From NCBI GenBank assembly GCA_965116415.1, contig OZ220693.1, positions 556,753 through 620,752 of the forward strand: a stretch of 64,000 bases of DNA, written 5' to 3'. Of this stretch, positions 9,456 through 18,779 are shown piece after piece (the stretch's first letter is position 1; each line of letters opens with the position of its first letter). The stretch is from Dehalococcoidia bacterium. GTDB taxonomy: Bacteria > Chloroflexota > Dehalococcoidia > Lucifugimonadales > UBA1123. The position numbers and the translations under genes were made by a program. The notes below the pieces were generated by a model. That model saw nothing but the letters and a program-made list of their open reading frames with translations, did no database searches and was not told where the DNA came from.

Positions 9456-9702
9456 CCAGCCTTTCCCAGGGTATACCCGATGTTTAACCAGAATTTATCA
9501 CTATCTGCGAGTCGGCGGCAATCCTGTGGGGATTAGATGGCCATGGAACGCAAGCCGGCCCTGGCCCGCCGTGAAGTACCCGCAGCCCCATCGGCAACTC
9601 GGCAACACTGATTGACTGAGGTTCAGCCGCATCGCTACAATTTTCAGTAAGGCGCAAGGCGCACTCCAATTCTCATGTTACGCGAAGGAGGGACGCTGTC
9701 AT

Positions 9703-9948
9703 ATGAACTCAAGCTTCATAAGGAAGGTCGAGAAGGCAAAAGACTACGCACTCCAGAAGGAACGGGTAGATTTCCAGAGCTGTACGATCAGGTTCCATGG
9801 AGAGAATAGCGACCACACAATTACTTATGAGGCTGGAAACTGGGCATGTGACTGCGACTTTCTGATTGGCAGAGACACCTGCACTCACATTATGGCACTT
9901 CAGATGATACTTGAAGACATGGTTTCGGAAGTGCCCGCAGTTACCTGA
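9703..9948 (+). CDS. Small SWIM-type zinc-finger protein
   Basis: 81 aa. 'CDCDFLIGRDTCTH' fits the CxCxnCxH SWIM signature. AGGAGGG (9687-9693) lies upstream of the ATG. Confidence 0.7.
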   Translation: MNSSFIRKVEKAKDYALQKERVDFQSCTIRFHGENSDHTITYEAGNWACDCDFLIGRDTCTHIMALQMILEDMVSEVPAVT

Positions 9949-9972
9949 TCACACTTCGTCAGCCAAGAGGAA

Positions 9973-9999
9973 GGGCCACGCTCGGCGCGTGGCCCTTTT
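9973..9999 (+). terminator. Rho-independent terminator after the SWIM gene
   Basis: Stem GGGCCACGC (9973-9981) pairs with GCGTGGCCC (9987-9995), followed by TTTT (9996-9999). Confidence 0.65.
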
Positions 10000-10087
10000 G
10001 CTTTCTACTTTACTCCCTAGCACCGAGGCATCGGCTGCCGCCCTCTACTTACGCGAAGTCGGCAATCACGGGTCCTCCGAGTGTCAC

Positions 10088-11335
10088 TCACTCCATGCGG
10101 CTGAACACCACGCAGGCGTTCTGGCCACCGAATCCGAAGCTGTTTGACAGCACATGTGCTACGTCAGCCTTCCTTGCCTCATTGGGGACGTAGTCGAGGT
10201 CGCAGCCCGGGTCGGGGTGTTGGTAGTTGATCGTGGGGTGAATCAGGCCGTTCTGGATCGACTTCACGCAGGCGACGCCCTCAAGGGCCCCTGCCCCTCC
10301 GAGGGCATGCCCGATCATTGACTTCGTCGAGCTGATCGGGACCCTGTAGGCATCGTCACCGAAGGCCAGCTTGATTGCCATCGTCTCCACCTGGTCGTTG
10401 ATCGGAGTGGATGTACCATGGGCATTTATGTAGCTGATGTCTCCGGGCTCAAGGTCAGCATCCTCGATTGCCCAGCGGATAGCCCTTGCGGCGCCGGTTC
10501 CGTCTTCGTCCGGCTGAACGGCGTGGAAGGCATCTGAAGAGACTCCGTAGCCAGTAACCTCTGCCAGAATCTCAGCGCCCCGGCTTTCTGCGTGCTCCAG
10601 CGTCTCCATGACCAGGACCGCAGCCCCCTCCGAGGGCACAAATCCGTCCCTCTTGGCATCGAAGGGCCTGCTGGCTTTCTCCGGTTCTTCGTTCTGCCTG
10701 CTGAGAGCCTTGATGACGTTGAACCCGCCAAGACCAAGCTGGCTTATTCCTGCCTCACAGCCTCCCCCAAGGATCACGTCAGCAACCCCGCGCTGGAGCG
10801 CGACTGCTGCCTCCCCGATTGCCTGTGTCCCCGCTGCACATGCCGTAATGACGGTTGACGTATATCCCTTGAGTCCATAGATTCGGCTCACATTGGCCGC
10901 AGCCATGTTCGGCAGTATCATCGGAATGAAGAATGGCGACATTCGCATCCCGCCCCTGCGGACGAGAATGCGGGCATTGTCCTCGGTGGTCGGGAAGCCA
11001 CCGTTGCCATTGCCCATGACAACCCCGATCCGGTCCACGTTCTCCTTCGACAGGTTGAGTCCTGCATCCTCGATTCCGGCGGCGGCGGCGGCAACCGCCA
11101 TCTGCGAGAAGCGGGCCATCCTTCGGTGTTCACGACGATCGATGTAGTCGCCCGGATCAAAGCCGGTGACTTCGCCCGAGATTCTGGACGGAAACTCTGA
11201 GGGATCGCAGAGCGTCATCGGCCCGATTCCGGACCTTCCGTTCACGAGATGGTCCCAGTATTCATCTATCGATTCGCCCAAGGGCGTCATCGCTCCCATG
11301 CCGGTGATCACCACGCGAGTTGTGGCGTTCTTCAT
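10088..11335 (-). CDS. fabF: Beta-ketoacyl-ACP synthase II
   Basis: 415 aa. Active-site context 'TACAAG', the 'HGTSTP' and 'GHALGGAG' His motifs, and 'NSFGFGGQNA' at the C-terminus. Confidence 0.95.
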   Translation of the reverse strand: MKNATTRVVITGMGAMTPLGESIDEYWDHLVNGRSGIGPMTLCDPSEFPSRISGEVTGFDPGDYIDRREHRRMARFSQMAVAAAAAGIEDAGLNLSKENVDRIGVVMGNGNGGFPTTEDNARILVRRGGMRMSPFFIPMILPNMAAANVSRIYGLKGYTSTVITACAAGTQAIGEAAVALQRGVADVILGGGCEAGISQLGLGGFNVIKALSRQNEEPEKASRPFDAKRDGFVPSEGAAVLVMETLEHAESRGAEILAEVTGYGVSSDAFHAVQPDEDGTGAARAIRWAIEDADLEPGDISYINAHGTSTPINDQVETMAIKLAFGDDAYRVPISSTKSMIGHALGGAGALEGVACVKSIQNGLIHPTINYQHPDPGCDLDYVPNEARKADVAHVLSNSFGFGGQNACVVFSRME

Positions 11336-11367
11336 GAGGCTACTCTCCTGTTCTATCCGACTGCGCT

Positions 11368-12792
11368 CTAGAGGTCTTCTACTCGTGGCCTGTGTACCGG
11401 CCCTCTCAAGTTTTCATAGATTTCGGGTTCAATGCCTTCGAGTTCTTCGATGGCCTCGGCAGCGAGGGCCAGTGAACCCGAGCAGAGCACCAGGTCATTT
11501 CGTCCGGCCAGCGCTACTGCGTGTCGCAGCCCTTCCGACACTGTCTCAAACTCTCCGGCCAGGTCAAGGCCGAATCTCCTGACCACCTCAGCAGTGACAC
11601 CTGCGTGGGCCGAGCGTGGATGCCTGGACTGCACCGCGACCACTTCCGGAGCTAGCTTGGCGAATGCTTCCAGCATTCCCTCTGCGCTGTGTCCGCCCAG
11701 AGACCCGAAAACTAACACCACTCGACTGGGGTCAATCAGCTGCCTGATTGTGTCGACAAGCCTGCCAACTGAGTACGGATTGTGCGCTCCGTCTACGGTT
11801 ATCGTCTTTCCCTCGCGTTCGTAGACCTGGAACCTCGCTGGCCAGCAGACTTCCCGAACGCCTTGTTCAATGGAATCGTCCGATACGTTGAAGCCCCGTT
11901 CTCGGAGCAACTCAACTGCAGCTACCGCAGTTGCCACGTTCTCAATCTGGTAGTCACCAACCAGAGGTGTCCACAGGCTATATGTGCGCCCATCGCCTAC
12001 TAGCTCAATTGACTGCCCGCTGATGTCTGCGGTCACACTTCGACTATCAAAGTGCTCAGAGGCTTTCAGAATCGGAGAGCCCCTGTCATTCGCAATCTGG
12101 TCAAAGACCTGCATAGCCTCACAGGACCACTGGGGGCCAATCACACAGGGCACACCTGGCTTGATAATCCCTGCCTTCTCGGTTGCGATCTTGGCAATCG
12201 TGTCACCAAGCGTGGCCGCGTGGTCGATGCTAATCGACGTTATTGCCGAAACCTCGGGGGTTACGATGTTGGTGGAGTCCAGCCGCCCTCCAAGTCCAAC
12301 CTCAAGCACCTGGAAGTCGGCGCCGATGTTGCGGAAGTGGACCATTCCCAGAACAGTCATCATCTCGAAGAAGGTAACGCCACCGTATGGTCCGGTTGCC
12401 CCTACATTCTCCACTGCGGGCCAGATCTGAGCGACCAACGCCGCGAATTCCTCACGGGAGATTGGGGCGAGACCCACGCGGACTCTCTCGCAAACAGTAT
12501 GCAGGTGCGGCGACGTGAACAGACCGACCGTATACCCTGCACTTGAAAGTATTGACGTTATGAGAGCGGAGGTGCTGCCCTTCCCTTTGGTTCCAGCGAC
12601 ATGAACTGCAGGCACAGCCCGGTGTACATGGTCCAGGCGTTCGGCGAGCAGACCTACCCTCTCCAGGTGAAAGCCTGAGTGCCCTGGGGAGTGAGTAGAC
12701 CGCTCGAAGTCGGCGAGTCCCATCGCCATATCGACGGCCTGATTGAAGTCAAGTGTCCCTGGAGTAGCTGATGGCATGGAATCGCGATTCAA
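11368..12792 (-). CDS. folC: Bifunctional folylpolyglutamate synthase / dihydrofolate synthase
   Basis: 'VAGTKGKGST' P-loop and 'FTSPHL', with Mur-ligase-type middle and C-terminal domains. Confidence 0.9.
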   Translation of the reverse strand: MNRDSMPSATPGTLDFNQAVDMAMGLADFERSTHSPGHSGFHLERVGLLAERLDHVHRAVPAVHVAGTKGKGSTSALITSILSSAGYTVGLFTSPHLHTVCERVRVGLAPISREEFAALVAQIWPAVENVGATGPYGGVTFFEMMTVLGMVHFRNIGADFQVLEVGLGGRLDSTNIVTPEVSAITSISIDHAATLGDTIAKIATEKAGIIKPGVPCVIGPQWSCEAMQVFDQIANDRGSPILKASEHFDSRSVTADISGQSIELVGDGRTYSLWTPLVGDYQIENVATAVAAVELLRERGFNVSDDSIEQGVREVCWPARFQVYEREGKTITVDGAHNPYSVGRLVDTIRQLIDPSRVVLVFGSLGGHSAEGMLEAFAKLAPEVVAVQSRHPRSAHAGVTAEVVRRFGLDLAGEFETVSEGLRHAVALAGRNDLVLCSGSLALAAEAIEELEGIEPEIYENLRGPVHRPRVEDL

Positions 12793-12887
12793 TTCGTGAA
12801 GAGATCTCTCGCCGCCTTGTACGGATACTGTAGCGCACCGGCAGTTGGGAATCCACCATCAAGCCTTACGCCCGGCACTGTCGACAG

Positions 12888-14285
12888 TTACTCATGACGC
12901 TCCAGTTCGGTGGCAGCAAGATTCAACAGGTCCGGTATGTACGACTCCAGCACGCGCAGGTCCACGGAGGGATACTCCAGGTGCGCGACGATGTTCCTGT
13001 GGTAGTGGAAGGCCCGCTGGAGAGCGGCAATGGGCTTCGCTGCCTCAAACGCCTCTTTCAGGGGGGCAGCAGGCGCAAACTCTCTCCACTCTTCCAAATA
13101 CGCTTCAGCCAGTACCGGAATCCTGGCCACCTGAGGAATAAGCACAGGATCGAAGAGAGGATTGGACACGAACGAGTCCGACCAGTCCATGATGACCGGT
13201 ACTCCATCCCTGACGAACATGTTCCCTGCATCCAGATCGCCGTGAACGAGCGTCCGGGGAAGACCGGCTGAATCTACCAGCTCGCAGTGCTCAGCCACAG
13301 TTTCCAGGTACGGGGTGAGACGCTCCAATGCCCTATCAGTTCGATCAGCTTCGTAACCGAGGGCGAGGCCCCTTGGGTCGTGCGACCACTTCCTGAGCTT
13401 GCTGCCTATCGCTGCCGTGGAACGCCTTTCGAGACCCAGTCCTTCCAGTAGACCAGTTTCTCCCACGAATCCGATTTGCAATCTGGCCAGTCTCCGCATC
13501 GCTTCGCACCACAACTCCACGCTGTCAGTGGCTCCCAAGGTCAGGTCGCCCAGATCATCCATGAGCATCCAGCCGCGGTCCGTGTCCACGGCGGCCATCC
13601 CGGGACTGATGTCAGGAAATCGGGCAGCAACAATGTTGGTAACCGCAACCTCTCGCGAGAAGAACGACGGAGATGCCTTGAAGAAATGTCGCTTCGAGCC
13701 GTACCGGGTTCTGACATCCACACGCACCACACTGGAAATCGACCACGACCGGACGGGGGTAAGCGTAACCTGCGCGTCTGAATACTGTGACTCAATGTGA
13801 CCGGAAACCCACTCTCGCGCTTCGCACCACCACTCTTCAGGCCACTCCCATGGAACGACTGGACTTACCGGCTCGGGGCTGGAAACCCGCTCACATTCCA
13901 TGCGAATAGAGTCGGCCTGCGAGTCGTCAAACCCGCCGAGATTGCAGACCTCAACCGGATCCGTCCAGCGAAAGTCGTCGACCAGTCGTTCGGCGTCGTC
14001 CGACTTCACAGCGGAGTACAGACGAGGCCTTCCCTCTTCCAAGTTACCCTGGTCCAGGCACCTCAGAACTCGGACATCAACCCCTAGCATCCGTTCTGTC
14101 TCGTGAACGAACTCCTCGATCTCGGGGTAGAAGCGATCCATGACGCGCACACTGGGCAGGGACGGAGGATCGCAGGTCGTCACCGCAATCTTCCTGCCAG
14201 CTTGGGAGAAGACTACAGCGAGTGCGGGGATATAGACCTCACCCGACCCGTGGTGGTCAGAGTTCGATGACCCCAACACCGTCAC
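12888..14285 (-). CDS. Phosphotransferase (APH/choline-kinase-like fold) with uncharacterised ~190 aa N-terminal region
   Basis: Brenner motif 'LVHGDLDAGNMF' plus 'IMDWSD' (DFG-equivalent). The GTG start overlaps the upstream CapA-like gene by 29 nt. An alternative ATG is at 14141. Confidence 0.7.
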   Translation of the reverse strand: MTVLGSSNSDHHGSGEVYIPALAVVFSQAGRKIAVTTCDPPSLPSVRVMDRFYPEIEEFVHETERMLGVDVRVLRCLDQGNLEEGRPRLYSAVKSDDAERLVDDFRWTDPVEVCNLGGFDDSQADSIRMECERVSSPEPVSPVVPWEWPEEWWCEAREWVSGHIESQYSDAQVTLTPVRSWSISSVVRVDVRTRYGSKRHFFKASPSFFSREVAVTNIVAARFPDISPGMAAVDTDRGWMLMDDLGDLTLGATDSVELWCEAMRRLARLQIGFVGETGLLEGLGLERRSTAAIGSKLRKWSHDPRGLALGYEADRTDRALERLTPYLETVAEHCELVDSAGLPRTLVHGDLDAGNMFVRDGVPVIMDWSDSFVSNPLFDPVLIPQVARIPVLAEAYLEEWREFAPAAPLKEAFEAAKPIAALQRAFHYHRNIVAHLEYPSVDLRVLESYIPDLLNLAATELERHE

Positions 14286-15585
14286 TCACGCTTACATTCA
14301 CACCGAGGGGTTCGGAGAGCCGCTTCATTCTCTGTAGCGAGTGCTGGCTGGACCGTCCGGTCGCGAGTACCGGTCTGCCCCTCTGCGACCTCGCCTTGCC
14401 GTGTCCCAAGTCGATGGGGTGGAGTTCAATCCGGTCAAGCTCGCCAGACTTAAACTCGCAGCGCGCGACGACGCTGTTCCAGTAGATCGCATCCCCCGGG
14501 AATCCTCTCGTGTCGTTCTCACTCCGCCGATCGTAGAAGTCGGCCGGAGTGCTTTCAGGCCCCAGTCCTACGGACTCAAAGTTGAATGCGGGCTGCCACT
14601 TCACTGTATCGTTCTGGAAGATGAAGTTGCCGAGGCTGTAGAAGATAGGTCTGCCTTCGTAGATCTCCACGGCGCGGGTGATGTGTGGACCGTGACCCAG
14701 GAAGGCATCTGCACCGGCGTTAATGCACGCTCTTGCGAAGGTCTGAAGAAATTCTGGCGGTTCGTCCGTGGTGTCCCCGCTCTCGTGGCAGTGGAACGAC
14801 ACAAACACCCAGTCAGCCATCCGGCTCGCGTCCCTGATCCACTTCAGGTTCTCGTCCATGTCGCGCTGGTTTGGCCTTGTCGACTTGCCAAACTCCTCAC
14901 CCAGGACAAACTTCCTGCCCAGGAAACCGAGCTGAGTGTCGTTGTCCTGCATAACCGTGCCCTTGGGCCTGAACCGCCTCTGCGCCGCGTTGCTCGCCTC
15001 GAATCCCAGGTTGCGGCTGACCCGCTTCATCGAATCGAAAGCCGGACGGTCCACTGTGTAGGTGACGGAGTGGCGAAGCGCGTTGAGTCCAGGCCTGCCA
15101 GGCAGGTCCGGTCGCTGGTCCATCGCCCTGCCCGCCTCGCTGAATGTTGACGACGCGGAGATTAGCGCCACCCTTCCGGCGGACGTGTCCAGGTATCCGG
15201 GAGCGCGGGCCTCGCTCTGGTTGCGTCCCGTGCCCGCGAATGCCATCCCGATGCTCTTCAGGTGGTCGATATTTGTCAGAACGCCGCCTTCGCCATAGTC
15301 GTAGCTGTGGTTGTTGGCGGTCGACACCAGGTTGATTCCGGCCCAGCTAAGCTCTTCGAGGTTTGCCGGATCAGACCCGGTAAATGTGCCGCCAGCCATC
15401 CCCGGAGAGTGCTCGAAGTCGTGCATGAGCATCTCGAGGTTGGTGTAACCGACATCGGCATTTTTGAAAAGGTCGACAAGTGATAGGAATCTCGGCTCCT
15501 TGAACACCGACAGGCGTCGAGTGATCATCGTGTCGCCGCTGGCGACTAGCGTTAGATTCCCGGATTCCGCGTCGTAGAGTGTCAT
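14257..15585 (-). CDS. CapA/PgsA-family (PGA_cap) metallophosphoesterase-like protein
   Basis: 'LVASGDTMITRR', 'GYTNLE', 'STANNHSYDYG' and 'HCHESG...LGHGPH' motifs of the CapA family. Confidence 0.8.
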   Translation of the reverse strand: MTLYDAESGNLTLVASGDTMITRRLSVFKEPRFLSLVDLFKNADVGYTNLEMLMHDFEHSPGMAGGTFTGSDPANLEELSWAGINLVSTANNHSYDYGEGGVLTNIDHLKSIGMAFAGTGRNQSEARAPGYLDTSAGRVALISASSTFSEAGRAMDQRPDLPGRPGLNALRHSVTYTVDRPAFDSMKRVSRNLGFEASNAAQRRFRPKGTVMQDNDTQLGFLGRKFVLGEEFGKSTRPNQRDMDENLKWIRDASRMADWVFVSFHCHESGDTTDEPPEFLQTFARACINAGADAFLGHGPHITRAVEIYEGRPIFYSLGNFIFQNDTVKWQPAFNFESVGLGPESTPADFYDRRSENDTRGFPGDAIYWNSVVARCEFKSGELDRIELHPIDLGHGKARSQRGRPVLATGRSSQHSLQRMKRLSEPLGVNVSVSDGVGVIEL

Positions 15586-15597
15586 AGTTGCAGCGCT

Positions 15598-16161
15598 TCA
15601 GCCTGTTCCTGGGTCGTACTCGGCGGCCAGCATTCCCATTACAACAGAGTTAGCTCTCTCTTCACCGTGTGGCCTGCTCTGACGTAGGGTCCCCTCGTGG
15701 ATGAACCCAACCCGCTCGAACAGCGTGCGAGCCGACAGGTTGAACTCCGGAACATCCACCCACACCCGGTAGAGTCCGTATTCATTGAATGCCAGATCAA
15801 GTGCCGCTCTTATGCCCGGAACGCCGTATCCACGAGTCCACCGGCTGCGTTGTCCCATCAGGATAGAAAGCTGGCCGTCGCCAAGCGCCTCGTCTAATCC
15901 AAGGTGGATCTCTCCGATGTGCTCGCCTTCGTCAGTGTACACGGACATCGTCACATGCGCCGGGTCTTCCAGGGCACGCGCAAATTCCTCATCTGTGGCA
16001 TCCTCCATCTCGGCAGGACGGTAGCCGAGATGGGCCGGTTCTCCATAGGCGTATCGTCCGAACCAGCTATCTGTGGTCTCTTCGTCCTCGAGCCACTCTC
16101 TAATTCTAGTCACGTCTTCCCGCGTGACCCCTCTTAGTGAAACAGTTCGTTGTCTTGTCAC
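15598..16161 (-). CDS. GNAT family N-acetyltransferase (RimJ/RimL-like)
   Basis: 187 aa. 'RGYGVPGIRAALDLAFNEYGLYRVWVDVPEFNLSARTLFERVGF' is an acetyl-CoA-binding core. Confidence 0.8.
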   Translation of the reverse strand: MTRQRTVSLRGVTREDVTRIREWLEDEETTDSWFGRYAYGEPAHLGYRPAEMEDATDEEFARALEDPAHVTMSVYTDEGEHIGEIHLGLDEALGDGQLSILMGQRSRWTRGYGVPGIRAALDLAFNEYGLYRVWVDVPEFNLSARTLFERVGFIHEGTLRQSRPHGEERANSVVMGMLAAEYDPGTG

Positions 16162-16335
16162 AGGAGTCCTCCGTAGCCTGAAAACTAGGAAGATATAGTC
16201 GAATCTTGTCGTGCGAATGTCGTCTACCGCTGGTGACGACGTCCGTGCCAGTATTATACATTGACGAGCGCATATATGGCTTGCAACACCATTTGCCAGT
16301 AACGACCCTGGCTCATCCCGGAGGAAAATCGCACA

Positions 16336-17511
16336 ATGTCAATTCAGCCAGTAGTACAACAGGCGCAGGAGTACATGACCTCCCAGGACGTGGACGGATG
16401 GCTCGTGTACGACTACAGAGGCCTCAATCCCATCCTGTCGGACACGGTCGGACGAGTCGGCCACGTCACAAGACCAGTGTGGCTCTGGATACCACAGAGT
16501 GGAGATCCTCACATGCTGGTCAGCTTCGTTGACCAGAGCAGGTTCACACACCTCGGCATCGATTCAACGCTCTTTGTAAACCGGATCGACATGATCGACA
16601 AGTTGAAGGACAGGCTAGGTGCGTCGGATCGCATCGCCATGGAGTATACCCCCGACGGGGCACTGCCACGCGTGTCTAAGGTGGACGGCGGCACACTCGA
16701 GTTGGTGCGAGGACTAGGGGTAGACGTAGTGTCATCTGCAGATCTTCTCCAGTATGCCACCCAACGCTGGACGGAAGAGCAACTTGCATCTCACATCTTT
16801 GCCGCTGAGAAGCTGACTCAGATCGTGCTGGAGGCTTTTGAGCACATCGGGAAGAGTCTCGACGAAGGCATCACCGAGTTCGATACCGCCGAGTTCATTC
16901 GCAACCGGTTCCGCGACAACGGGCTGGTGGTGACAGACGGCCCCGCAGTCGCCGTCAACGAGCACGCCTCTGATCCCCACTTCGACCCTACTCCTGAGAA
17001 CTCCGTCAGGATCAAGCGCGGAGACTGGGTGCTGATAGACCTGTGGACCCGGCTGCCCGGCGAGGACGACATGTTCGGCGACATCACCTGGACTGCCTAC
17101 GTGGGCGACGACGTTCCTGCCAGACACCAGGAAGTGTTCGACAACGTCCTTGGGGCCCGCGACGCTGCATTGGCCGAAATGGTAACCGCGTTCCAGGAGG
17201 GGCGCACCCTCCAGGGCTGGGAGCTGGACAAGGTGGCCAGGGACTACATTGAAGCTACCGGCTACGGCGAGTACTTCAACCACCGTCTGGGCCACAGCCT
17301 GGGGCGAGAGGTCCACTCCAACGCCGTCAACCTGGACTCGTGGGAGACGTACGACACGCGGCAGCTGATTCCGGGCATAGCCGTGACCATTGAGCCAGGA
17401 ATCTATGTTCCCGAATTCGGTGTGAGGTCAGAGATAGACGTCTTCTACTCAGAAGATGGGCCGCAGGTCACGACAGATATGCAGCGGGAGGTCGTGCTGA
17501 TCGAGAGCTAG
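16336..17511 (+). CDS. M24 family metallopeptidase (Xaa-Pro aminopeptidase-like)
   Basis: Pita-bread metal ligands 'DLW..GD', 'HRLGHSLG', 'VTIEPG' and 'SEIDV'. Confidence 0.85.
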   Translation: MSIQPVVQQAQEYMTSQDVDGWLVYDYRGLNPILSDTVGRVGHVTRPVWLWIPQSGDPHMLVSFVDQSRFTHLGIDSTLFVNRIDMIDKLKDRLGASDRIAMEYTPDGALPRVSKVDGGTLELVRGLGVDVVSSADLLQYATQRWTEEQLASHIFAAEKLTQIVLEAFEHIGKSLDEGITEFDTAEFIRNRFRDNGLVVTDGPAVAVNEHASDPHFDPTPENSVRIKRGDWVLIDLWTRLPGEDDMFGDITWTAYVGDDVPARHQEVFDNVLGARDAALAEMVTAFQEGRTLQGWELDKVARDYIEATGYGEYFNHRLGHSLGREVHSNAVNLDSWETYDTRQLIPGIAVTIEPGIYVPEFGVRSEIDVFYSEDGPQVTTDMQREVVLIES

Positions 17512-17513
17512 GA

Positions 17514-18752
17514 CTACTGACCGGCGCCCAGCTGATTCGCTGTCTTGGGGAGTCGTGTCGCCCACAGTATCAGTGCGCCGAGTATCACAAGCGCGCCACC
17601 GAATAGGAACGTGGCTGAGTTCCCCCACTGGTCCGCGACCCAGCCGGCTGCCCACGGAGAGAACGCTCCGATGAAGCTTGCGCCGTAGATCAGGGACACC
17701 ACCGTCGACTGGGCCTGGCCCTGCGCGACGTCCATTGCTCCGGCTATGTAGATCGTGTGTAGCGAGTACAGGAAGGCTCCCATGACCAGGACTACAAGCA
17801 CGAGCTGTGGCCCGGGTTCTGCAAACCTCAGACACATGATCAGAAGTCCAAGCGCAAGCGTGCAGGGTACGAGGACGACCTTGCGTCCGAACCTGTCCGA
17901 CAGGAACCCCATAATAGGCTGCGCGACAATGCCGGTTACCTGGGCGCCAGACATGAACAGCCCGATTACGACCTTTTCATAGTCGAGGTCTTCCAGCAGG
18001 TAAACGGGCAGGAACCCCATTACCGCTGACTGCCCGGAGCTTCGAAGTGCCGTCACGAAGACAAGGGAAAGCATCGCCCTTCGCTTCACCAGCGTCACCA
18101 GTGAAGTCAGGTATTGCCCCAGGGACTCGGCATCCGCCGCCGCGGCAGGAATGCTCCGCATCATCAGGTACACGGCGACGGCGATTATCAGCGCCGGGAG
18201 CACGCTCATGTGGAGCACGTCCCGCCATTCGAAGGCTACCAGGTACGTCCCGCTGATCAGACCGCCGGTCAACACCGGGCCTACAACTTCGCCAACGCTT
18301 CCTCCGGTGCCGTGCAGCGAGATTGCGAATCCGCGCCTGTCAGGGAACTTCCGGGACAGCGACGCAATGGCCGGTGGGTGATATAGCGACGGTCCTATTC
18401 CGACGAGCAGCATCACCGCGAACAGGAACCAGTAGCTCGGCGCACTGCCCATCAGGTAGTAGGAGACACCCATGATGCCCAGCGAGAGCATAAGCATCAG
18501 GCCCGACCTGTTTGCGAAACGGTCGCCGAGGTAACCGGCGACCATCGTCGTCGTACCGCTGGTGACCCTCTGCGACGTCGCGAGCAGTCCGAACTGGGTG
18601 CCGCTGAGGCCGAGATCGTCCTTGATGACGGCCAGGATGACGGACTGAAGTCCCGAGTTATAAATGTGCTTTACGGTGTGCCCAAGAACGACCGTGAACG
18701 CAAGCTGATTACGGCCCCTCTTGATTTCCTCAGTTACCTGAATTGTTGCCAT
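17514..18752 (-). CDS. MFS transporter
   Basis: 412 aa, about 12 predicted hydrophobic helices, and MFS loop motifs 'GYLGDRFANR' and 'LSDRFGRK'. Confidence 0.85.
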   Translation of the reverse strand: MATIQVTEEIKRGRNQLAFTVVLGHTVKHIYNSGLQSVILAVIKDDLGLSGTQFGLLATSQRVTSGTTTMVAGYLGDRFANRSGLMLMLSLGIMGVSYYLMGSAPSYWFLFAVMLLVGIGPSLYHPPAIASLSRKFPDRRGFAISLHGTGGSVGEVVGPVLTGGLISGTYLVAFEWRDVLHMSVLPALIIAVAVYLMMRSIPAAAADAESLGQYLTSLVTLVKRRAMLSLVFVTALRSSGQSAVMGFLPVYLLEDLDYEKVVIGLFMSGAQVTGIVAQPIMGFLSDRFGRKVVLVPCTLALGLLIMCLRFAEPGPQLVLVVLVMGAFLYSLHTIYIAGAMDVAQGQAQSTVVSLIYGASFIGAFSPWAAGWVADQWGNSATFLFGGALVILGALILWATRLPKTANQLGAGQ

Positions 18753-18779
18753 CGTTGTAGAAGACCGCCTTACTGACCG

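Noticed and set aside
9505-9580. ZTP (pfl)-like riboswitch next to a formyl-THF-related gene
   Set aside because: There is a superficial resemblance (GAGUCGGCGG...GGCCCGCCG with pseudoknot-like complementarity). However, the segment is on the strand opposite the folate gene, and the conserved 3' 'CCGCCUGGGC'-type core, as I recall it, is not matched. It should be settled by an Infernal scan.
11368-12792. FolC-like gene as PgsB/CapB partner of the nearby CapA-like gene (poly-gamma-glutamate synthesis)
   Set aside because: The sequence has FolC hallmarks ('GTKGKGST', 'TSPHL'), and no pgsC-like small membrane gene is present. A PGA operon is not supported.
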